Of a stretch of DNA of 20,000 nucleotides, positions 1 through 9,083 are shown one piece after another. Positions within the stretch are counted from its first letter, which is position 1. Every line of letters begins with the position of its first letter. The stretch spans positions 55,705 through 75,704 of the forward strand of contig JAMDHS010000097.1 of assembly GCA_029717555.1 (NCBI GenBank). Direction: 5' to 3'. Source of the DNA: Peribolospora baueri. Taxonomy: Eukaryota. A program made the translations under genes and the position numbers. The notes under the pieces were generated by a model. The model had not been told where the DNA came from. It was given only the letters and a program-made list of their open reading frames with translations, and did not search any database.

Positions 1-3000
1 GGCTGCTGCTGCCTCTTCGGCGGTGGTTGCGCTTGCGCTTGCGTCATCATGAGCGCGATGCTGGGCTTGGTGTTGTCAGCCGACGTTTGCGGCGACGTGA
101 GCGGCATGACCGCGGTATCTCTCTGGACCGCCGCCCCCGCCGCGGCCCCGATGAGGTCCTCATCGCTCGTGTCCGGCTTGAGCACCCGTCCACTCAAATG
201 AGCAGACGGACTTGGCATCTTTCCCGTCCCGATCCTAGGCACGTTATCCACAACGACTCCCATCTTATCGTCCGGCGTCGGCGTCCTCGGACGCGGACGA
301 CCGTCTTGGACAACAGCCTTCGCCTCCACTCCTTCTTCCTCGTCCATCTCTTCGTGCTCCTCAAGGTTCTGCACCGCAGCCGCAGCCGCGGCCGATCTCA
401 TCGCGGCAATCCTCAACGCGGTCACGTCCCAGCTGTTGGGGCGGGACTCGGTGTCCGGAGAGAATCGGCTGGCGAGGTACGACGTCGTCGGGTCTCGAGC
501 ACGGTGGCTGTCGCGCGGGCTCGAGTTGCGGCGGCGGCGGCGGTTGTTGCGTCGCTCGTGACGGTGCTTTGCGGGACCCTCCACCGGCTCGGAGGGCGAG
601 CCGACGACCGAGCTGAGTACGCTAAGCTCGCCGTGGTCGCTCTCGACGTCGACGTCGGGGTCTGGCGGCCAATAGGGATGATCGTGATCGTGATCGTGCT
701 CCTCGTCGTGATTCCCGGAAAGTGGTGGTGGTGGTAGGGGCGGCGACGACGACAAGGTCCGATTCAGCGTAGCCGCGTGCCCTGGCTCTCCGCCCTGCTT
801 GAGCGCTTTCCTCACCGCCTTCTTGACGCGGCTAAGCTCCGAGAGCGTCTCGAGATGTTTTACGAGCTCCTCTGGCGAAGGCGGGGCCGTGCGCTTGGAC
901 TCGTCTTTTCCCTCCTCCTCCTCCTCCTTCTCTTCCTCCTCCTCCTCCTCCTTGATCTCGCGCCTGTCCCCGGCAGAAGGCGTCGCCCGACCACCAGCGC
1001 GCATCTGAGCCACCATCTCCTTGACGAGCTTCTCCTGCACAGTCTTAGGCCTCCCTCGCAATCCTCCTACCAACGCAGCCGCCGCCTGGGCCCTCTTCTT
1101 ATCCATCGGCGAGAGCATGACGGGCGCGCCACCGCCGACGCCGACACCGATGCTGGAGGTGAGCGTCGAATCGCGCGCGATGGCCATGATGGTAGACGTC
1201 ATGAGCGAATCGCGCGGACTAGACTCGTCAGGGATGCTAGGCGTATTGTCAAAGAAGCTTCTGTCCTTCCTGCCCGACAAGAAGCCGGTCCGGTCGACGT
1301 CGACGGGATGGACGCCGGCATCGTCGAGGATGAAATCGAGCACTTCGGCCCTGCCATCGTCCTCGTCGCTGTCGCCGTCGTGGCCTGACGAGTCTCGAAC
1401 CTCTGCCGCCGCCGCTGCTGATGTGGGACCGAGGACAGGCGATCCCAATGGCGTCGACTCCTTGGACGGCAATGGATGAGACGAGTTACGGACCCCGTGT
1501 GCCTCCGCTCGGTATGGGTGACTGTTCAAGATGACCTCTGGCAAGGGCGTGGGCGTGAGTTGGGACATCGGCGCCGTCGTCGGTAGATGTGCCGCCGGCC
1601 CATCATCGACGCCGCCGCTGCCGCCGCCGCCGCCGATCTCCTGACGACCTCGATCGAGTTCGGACGGTGGCGGGGCCATGAGGCGTTCATGATGTAATCG
1701 CTGATCCAGCGGCGAATCCGCGCCAGCCAGGACGCCAACCTTAACGTCCCTGACCAACCTCGGTCCGGCGAGCGAAGCGGCGAGGTAGGTAGCTTCCTTG
1801 AGCAAGGCACCGAGACCGTGGGTGTTATGCTCGGGAGAGAGGGGCGCCTTGTCGAAGGGAATGCCAAAGGTGGGCAGTCGGGCCAGTCGAACTGCCGTTC
1901 CTGGATCCATCACGCCCCGTTCGACGACGGCCACGTGGAGGGGGGCGCAGTCCGGCTTGGGCGGGCCCTTGGGCGGTGGCGGGTCCTTGACGAGGACTTG
2001 AGGCGGCGCCGGGGGGACCTTCAAGTCCAAGATAGGCGACGAAGGGGTCGCAGCGTTCGCGTTCGCCATCGCGGTCGCATCCGGAGCCGACGCAGAAGTG
2101 GGCAAACGGCCGTCTGCGGACCTCCTGGCTTCCTTTGATTTCATGTCTGCGGGACCGAGACCGAGACTGAGGGAGTCGGGGATACGGCCGGAAAGAGAGC
2201 GAGAGTGGCTACGCCCCCACGATTTGGCGCGGGAGACGGTGGCTTTGGGGCCGGAGAAGAGGACGTTCCTGAGTTGCTTTCTGAGCTCGTCGTGACCTGC
2301 GCGGCTGATCGTCGACGACTCTCGCTCGTTCTCCGTCGGCGCCGAGGATAGGCCGGGAGGGGGTCGAGGAGGAGGGGCCAAGGGCGGCAACTGCCTCGCG
2401 ATAGCCTCGGCCCTGGCACGCTTAGAAGGCTTGGAGGGAGGCGGCGGGTCAGCGGGCGCGGGAGTTGGATCAGGCGCGGGCGCGGGCGCGAGTGTAGACT
2501 CAGGCGCGGGCGTAGGCTCAGGCCTAGGCTCAGGCGCAGGCGAAGGGGCAGCCGCCGCCGGAGCGTCGTCGGCGATGGTCGCCGGAGCAGGAGCAGATGT
2601 GGGGCCCGCTTCGACGTCCGGTGGGGGAACGGGTGGGGCCGGAGGAGCATCGGGCGGGGCATCCCTGACGGAGGGGGGATCGGAGGCGGCGGAGACGACG
2701 ATGGAAGGCATCTCCGGTTCGACAGAGATGCGCCCCATGTCGTCGCGCTCGACCGAGCTGGGCGGACTGATGCGCTTGCCCCACTCCCGCACCTTGTCCT
2801 CGCTATCTCGCCTGAGCTGCCTCCACTCGAACTGGGTCATGTCCGGCGGTGGGCCGTTGTCCTCCCCAACGACGCGATCGCGAATCGTCTCCACCATGTT
2901 GTCGGGTCGGCGCTGGTTGCGGGAGACAGCTGGCGAGCGTTGGGGACCACCGGCGCCGGCAGAGCGAGGCGCGGCTGGAGAAGTGTGGGCGGCCTGAACG

Positions 3001-4170
3001 GCTTCGACACCGCAGTGATAAGAGCGGAAACCGGGATCGAACGTCGACGGGTGGCGGAAGGTTTCCTCCAAGGTCTGACCGCCGAGCGAAGAAGGCGGTC
3101 GCTGTGCCGGCGGCGGCGGCCCACGCGGCGGGGGGGCAGAAGGCGGCCGGGCGGCGGGGGAAGGGCCTCGAGGGGAGAAGGGGATAGACGCGGAATGCTC
3201 CTCGTCGGGGGAGCCGTTGGAAGGGGAGAGCTGGAGGGGATATGATATGAAAATGAAAGATGGACGGGTGAGCCAGGCACCGACTAAGGTGGATCAGGGA
3301 CGCGCACACGTGGAGCGGATCGATCGATTGATTGAATTGAATTGAATTGAATTGGATCGGCGGCCGGTGGTCACTCACCATTGCAGGCGTGTTGCCGCCG
3401 CCGGGAGTAGGCGCAGTGATGACGACACGGGGGCCAGCAGCGGTGCTCGACGGCGGGCTGACGGTGCCGCCGGAGAAACTGTCGCGGTGAGGGTCGGCGG
3501 CGCCACCACCACCGCCACCGCCGCCAGGGGGCAACGGGCCTCCGCGGTTTGGCGGCGACCAGTTCGGGTGGCGGTCGCCCGGGGGAGGGGGCGAGTCGGG
3601 CGGGGGGGGGTGGATGGCGGAGAACATGCGGGGGTTGCCGCGAAGGGCGTAGCCGATGAGGTCAGCCGACGAGGGCGCGCCGGGCGGAGGCCCACGACGA
3701 GACGAGGAAGGTGCGTTGTAGGGCGTGTAAGGTGGCGAGGGCGCGAAGCCGGGTGGGAACGCATACGGCGAGCCGTCATAGGGGGCCCAATGGCCGGGAG
3801 GCGGCGCACGTCCGGGAAAGGAGGGCGAGGGTTGACTGGGAAAGGAAGACGAGGGTTGACCGGGAAAGGAAGGCGAGGGCTGTCTGGCAAAGGCGGGGGC
3901 GGAGGTCGGGACGGGGATGGCGTCGTCGGACGGGCGCGTAACAGGGAACCGTCGCTCGTCCGGGTCGCGGGGCGGGGGGAAGCGCTTGGGCGGGCCGGGC
4001 GGCTTGGGCGGTTTGGGTGTCTTGGGCGACTTGGAAGCAAAGCTCCAGCCGCTGGGGGACTTTACGTCAGCCTCGGGAGGGCGTGGGAAGTTCCTGTCTG
4101 GATAGACGGTGCGGGAGTAGCCGCCGTCGTTGCTGAGCATGTTCTTGAGCGCGGCGAGCTTGGCAGCCAT
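1..4170 (-). CDS. Large hypothetical Pro/Ser-rich, acidic, probably disordered protein (>1340 aa; runs off the window start)
   Basis: Exon 1 4170-3379 (MAAKLAALKNMLSNDGG...NTPAM, 264 aa). Intron 3378-3231 (GTGAGT...CCCTCCAG, phase 0). Exon 2 runs 3230 to <1 with no stop found (LSPSNGSPDEEH...DMTQFEWRQLRRDSEDKVREWGKR...EELVKHLETLSELSRVKKAVRKALK...). The ORF track lists no terminated ORF in this frame, consistent with it being open to the edge. No domain recognised. Confidence 0.8.
3318..3355. repeat. (ATTGA)n / (ATCG)n simple repeat inside intron 1 of the hypothetical gene
   Basis: Sequence reads gatcgatcgattgattgaattgaattgaattgaattgg. Confidence 0.85.
3811..3882 (-). repeat. Coding tandem repeat, 3 x 24 nt (QPSPSFPG-QPSSSFPS-QPSPSFPG)
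   Basis: Three imperfect 24-nt copies visible in exon 1 and in its translation. Confidence 0.85.
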
Positions 4171-4345
4171 GGCGGGCGAGAGCGAGGGCGACGACACTGA
4201 GTCGGGATCGGGGTCGGTGTTGTGGTTGGGAGTCAGTGGCGACGCGTCAATGGCGGCCGTGTCGGCGATGACCGGCGGCTGGCGGCTGATGGAGAAGGAA
4301 GGGTGCGGAAGGGGGAACAACGACGGCGAGGGGCGAGCAGTGCAC

Positions 4346-4354
4346 GCTTATAAT
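4346..4354 (-). promoter_or_regulatory. Candidate TATA box for the minus-strand hypothetical gene
   Basis: ATTATAAGC on the minus strand ~180 nt upstream of ATG 4170, in an otherwise very GC-rich context and followed by a pyrimidine-rich stretch. Confidence 0.35.
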
Positions 4355-4682
4355 GCCCGCACACACGCGGCCGGCGGGGGCCGATGGCGAGGGGAGCGTT
4401 GGGGCGTCGTGTGTCGGAGGTGGGCCGAACGAGAGGACAAGGACGAGACCGGTCGGTGGACACACTGGGACTGGCGGGTAGACAGATTGGGACTACCGGT
4501 GGCTGGCTGGTGGAGGGAGAGATGGAGGAACAAGGAGCGAGGGACAAAGGACGGGCGTGGCTCGACAAGGGAAGCCTCTTCCGCCGGACTCGTTCCCAGT
4601 CGATGATCGTCCACGTCCGGCCGGACCGCGGATTGCTTTTGTAGGCTTGGGTAAGGGACGTGCGTCCGGCCTCGCCGGGTCC

Positions 4683-4730
4683 GTGGTGGTGGTGGTGGTG
4701 GTGGTGGTGGTGATGGTGGTGGTGGTGGTG

Positions 4731-4769
<39 letters not shown>
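4683..4769. repeat. Compound trinucleotide microsatellite (GTG)10 ATG (GTG)5 (GTC)13
   Basis: Counted directly from the sequence. Confidence 0.95.
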
Positions 4770-4771
<2 letters not shown>

Positions 4772-5111
4772 ATTCCTTTTCGTAATCGTAGTCGTAGTCA
4801 GTCGTAAGTGGTAGCAGTCGTCACCCTCACCGTCGTTGTCATCGTCGTCCCTCGTCGACAGGCAGGCGAGTGTGGGGCAGGCGCAGCGACGATAATGACG
4901 GCCGGGCGTGGGAGCGGGTAACGTACGTACGAGGTGTGGTGGGCGGACGACCAAGGTGCGGCTCTCCACTCTGTCTGTCTGTCTTCGGACAGCCAGCGAA
5001 GGGTCGGGAGCGCGGCGAGGCAAGGCGATGAGAGGAGGCGAGACGAAACGAAACGAGACGAGCGTGGTGGTGGGTCGGCGGTGGACAGGGGAGGGACGGA
5101 AGAAGGTACTG

Positions 5112-5132
5112 TAGTAGCTAGCTAGCTAGCTA
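5112..5132. repeat. (TAGC)n tetranucleotide repeat
   Basis: tagtagctagctagctagcta. Confidence 0.8.
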
Positions 5133-6979
5133 ACGTGGATTACGATTATGAGTGGCTAGTATTCCGGTCGCTAACCTACTAACAACGGCTGAGCAGCCGC
5201 CTCCATGCGTTCGTCCACGCAACTCTAATCGTCTCCGATCGTCGGCTATCGCAACCCATCCGTCCGTCCTGCGTCTTGCCTGCCGTCTTGCGTCTTGCGT
5301 ACGCGTCCTCGATTCGATTCGATCATTCCATGCCACGCGTCCATCCATCTACCCGCTCCGCTCCGCTCGCTCACCGCGTCACTCCCCTCCCTTTCTTTCT
5401 CTTTCGCCGCTCCAGCGAGCGCGCAGTCGACGTTGCAGGGGAGCCAAGGACGACTCGGAGGGAAGAAAAAGAGAGGGGGGATGAATAGTGGGCGAGGCAC
5501 AGCACAGCACAGCAGAAGCGCAGCATGCACGCAGGAAGAAAGCGCCGGTGCGAGGCGGCGGAATACCTCGTCGTCGTCGTCACCCTGCTCTCCTTCGACA
5601 CGGGAAGTCGGCCGCCTGACCCCGGTTTTACTGCCAAAATGAAGGGGACGACGGCGAGAGTCCGAAAGCGAGACAGATCAGACCGACAGGACAAGTCGTC
5701 TGAGACGGAGGAGAAAAAGATAAGGGGCGGATGCGAATCCAACATAGATCGCCTGTCCTCGTTGGCCCAGATTCTAATCCGTCCACCGCACCGAACTCCC
5801 TCGCTCGAACCTGGCTGGGATTCTAATCATCCGCTCCCTCCCCCCCGTTCCCGTCCCCGTCGGCTTCTTCTCAATTCCCCTCCTCGGGGCCGGGCCGAAG
5901 CCAAGCCAAGGTGGGAAATACAGGAACGGATGGTAGACAGACAGTTTCAAGCGGAGCGGCGGGAGGGCGATGGGCCGCGTATTTGAATTTCAAGGCGATG
6001 GCGATCGAACGAAACGCAAATGAAACGAAATGAAGCAAGGGCAGCGCTTGCTTTCTCCGCCTTTCACGTTATAAACCGCACCCTCCCCTCGCCCTCGTTT
6101 CAGTTCCCGCTGCCGCATTCTCGTCAGCGCTCCGTCTTGGACCGGCACCGCCATTGCAACTCTGCACCAAGAAGGGGAGGATGCGTGTGAACGATGCGAT
6201 GATCCACGCGGGCGAGCTGGGCGCTTACGTGTCAAGACGTCCTCCGTCCAATGGCGCTGTTGAAAGACGTCGGCCCCAGCACGCCCCATGGATGTACGTA
6301 CACATACATACATACATACTACATATATGCATATATCGCTATGCTTACAAGACACCTCGATCTTATCTTCTGGAACGATCATCGGATCGATGCTGCAACG
6401 TATCCTTCAAAGGAACCTGAAAAATCCTAGAAGAGCCATCGAAAATGAAATATACCAAATGTGTGAAAACAGGCACTGTTTCGATTTTTGGAAAGGTTAT
6501 ATTCAAAGATGGGTTTCTTCTTCTCACCCCTCGATCTGACATCGACGCCATATCGACAGTGCGCAGAATCGTGGTACCCTGCGACGAAAATTCCACCGCT
6601 GAAGGAACTTCTACAGGGTACATCCTTCTCAAATAGGTTTTTTGTGTGTCCATGCGAGAACCCCTGAAGGAAAAGTCTGTAGGGTTGGTGAAGACATTAG
6701 GAGGAAAGATGCGACGCGGGGGTCCGTGCGCGCTCACGCGGATTGGACCGATCGATCCAAGGACGACGTGCGCCGCAGCAGCGCGCTTATGGGCAGGGAC
6801 GTGCGAAAGTCGGGAAAGAAAATGAGGTCGACGTCGGTCCGACCGACGAGCCCACGCACGCAAGCAACTCCATCGGACCCCCGCTTCACCGGCCCCCCAC
6901 TCCAGTCTTGTCGCGGTGACTGACGCCGACGAACGAAGGAAACGACGTCAGGCACGAAGCGACGACGATCGAAGGAAGG

Positions 6980-8556
6980 ATGGAGCAAAGAGAGCCGGAT
7001 GTCGAGAAGGGATTGGAATACTGGAACCACGGGCCTCCGACGGTCGACTTTGTCCTCGGTGGTTACGGCTTAGGGGTGAGCTGAGCCGACCGGCTGACCG
7101 ACCTTGTTTCCACACCCAACCCACCGATGGGCGAGCATGCGTGCCTCTGCTCCGATCGGCTCGACGTCATCCCCCTTCGTTCGTTTGTCGCTCGAGCCGT
7201 CCGACGCTCCCTTCTCACCCGCCCGCTTTCTCCTCCGTTTCGCCCTTGGTTGGCTTCTCGCGTAGACGCTCCCTCGCATCGACGCCCTCGGATCGCGCAC
7301 CTTCCTCCTCTCCCTCCTCCCCCGTATCTCCACCGTCCCTCCCCCTACGGCCGACTTTGACAAGTGGTCCGCCGAGCGAGCGAGCAAGGAGGCGTCAGCG
7401 ACAAGACAGACAAAGGCCCTCGACTGTGGAGCTGGCGTGGGCAGAGTCACGAGGGACGCCCTGCTGCCCCTCTTTGATCAGGTTGACCTCGTCGAGCCGA
7501 TCGAAAAGGTGCGTGCGTGCGTTGTCAGCCAGACCTCGTCTCGGAGCGCTTAAGCGGGTGCACCCTCCCCGTACCCAGTTCCTTCTCCAAGCCTCCAAGT
7601 CCTCCTCGAAATGGAAGCACCTCGGCCCGACAAAGACGGTCCAGTTCCGCCTCTCGACCTTGCAAGCCTTCGACCCTTGCCGCCCCTCCTCCACTTCCCG
7701 TCTCGTCGCCACGACGCTTTCTCCCCAAGCGTCGCGCGACGCTAAGCGACTCGAGGAAGAAGGAGGAGAAGCGAGCGACGCGGTCAAGTACGACGTCGTG
7801 TGGGCGCAGTGGTGCCTCCAACACCTCTCCGACCGCGACCTCGAGGCCTTCTTGAGGAGGTCCAAAAAGGCGCTGGTGGAGGATGGAGTGATCGTGGTCA
7901 AGGAGAACGTCGTGCGTGTCCTTCCTTTCCTTGCCCCCCTTTGCCCTGTCGCCGCCTGTGTCCAGCACTGACTCGCCGTTTCTCGTCTTTAGTGCCGAGA
8001 TGGAGAGGACGGCGAGGAAGTGATCGTATGGGATGACGAAGATCACTCCATCACGAGGTGAGCGAGCGAGCTTCCCTGCACCTCGTCGACCCTATCCTTC
8101 GTCCGTCCGTCCATGCGTGCATCTCATGATCGGTCGTCGCACCACGTCGCTCGCCTGCTTCGTCGCTCGTCTTCAGATCCGACTCTGCATGGGAACGAGT
8201 GGTGAGCGTTTGGATATCGTCTTATTCCATTCCCCTGTTCCTCTTCATCGAGCCGGTCCGTAAGGCTGACGTGCCAACCCTTCCCGGAACCCTCCCGTCG
8301 CCTGATCGCGACGCGCAACGCAGTTCAAAGCCGCCGGCTTAGAGATCGTCAAGAAGGAGACCGCCCAAGGCTTTCCTCCGGAGTTGTACCCCGTCAAAGC
8401 GTGAGTCTCCCAATCGTCCTTCCGAGGCCGTGGAGGGATGAGCGCTCTGTCTGGTTTCCCTGGCCGCTTGGCAGCTTGGCGAGCTTGCATCGGTCTTGTC
8501 GTCGCTTACATCCCCGTTCGTCCCGTCCTCCCTTCTTCAGATGGGCTTTGCGATGA
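6980..8556 (+). CDS. TAE1: Alpha N-terminal protein methyltransferase 1 (NTMT1/Tae1 family, SAM-dependent), 284 aa
   Basis: Exons 6980-7075, 7266-7508, 7579-7911, 7993-8057, 8177-8201, 8324-8400, 8541-8556; all introns GT-AG with the frame preserved. Family motifs: GLEYW..PTVDFVLGGYG, ALDCGAGVGRVT..LLPLFDQVDLVEP, YDVVWAQWCLQHLSD, VIVVKEN, DDEDHSITRSD, QGFPPELYPVKAWALR*. An in-frame TGA at 6917 precedes the ATG. Confidence 0.95.
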
Positions 8557-8853
8557 CCTCCCCCTCCCCGTTCGCGGTTCGGCTAGCCTGCAATTCGCCC
8601 GCGGCATCCGACCGACTTTTCACCGCTCGCAGTGCACCGGTGCGACGGGGTGCTTATTTATGTGTACATACATTGCTGCGCCGAAAGTCGTGCCGTCGGA
8701 GGATCGGTGTGAGGGAGGTAGAGGGACGGTGCGGTGACACGACGTCGACGGCAAGCAGACTCACGGACAAAGGCCGTTTTGAGATCTCCTGCGATGCCGT
8801 TGGCCATCCATTCGTCGGCGACGTAGGGGATGGCACGCACGGCAGATGCCGAG

Positions 8854-8970
8854 CACGTGGCGTCGTGCGGGGAAAAGGATATCACGGCCGGAGAACAATT
8901 GTCGCGGCGGCCGGCGATTTTAGATTGACGTTGACGTAGTAAATCAGGTGGTGGGCGTATCTATATCTAT
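8854..8970 (+). promoter_or_regulatory. Candidate promoter elements of the MetE-like gene: CACGTG (8854-8859), tandem TTGACG (8925-8936), TATA-like TATCTATATCTAT (8958-8970)
   Basis: Motifs seen directly 115-230 nt upstream of ATG 9084; function is inferred only. Confidence 0.3.
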
Positions 8971-9083
8971 GTAACGGCGTAAGGACGGGGGGAGAGAGGG
9001 ACGACTCTCCAGACCGCCCTCGCTTTTGTCCTCTCTTTTGTCCTCTCCTCCACCACAACAGCCCCGTTTCGTAGGCCGTCGCC

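Noticed and set aside
27..4606. Many long + strand ORFs (27-737, 777-1388, 2431-2997, 3352-4200, etc.)
   Set aside because: Antisense or shadow frames of the GC-rich minus-strand gene, with Arg/Gly/Ser-rich composition and mostly non-ATG starts.
4493..5023. Poly-Thr (minus), poly-Val (plus) or DYDYDYEKEY-D13-H16 (minus) readings of the microsatellite; the single interruption is synonymous for His
   Set aside because: The D/H frame has a stop at 4823-4821 with no ATG or credible acceptor before the repeat, and the other frames lack ATG starts. Best explained as a non-coding SSR.
6401..6673. Short inverted match TATCCTTCA / TGAAGGAAA as possible TIRs
   Set aside because: Only 8 of 9 nt match with no target-site duplication; expected by chance.
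6916..7971. 351-aa ORF as a stand-alone gene
   Set aside because: Only 7579-7911 is real (TAE1 exon 3); the rest is intron or out-of-frame sequence.
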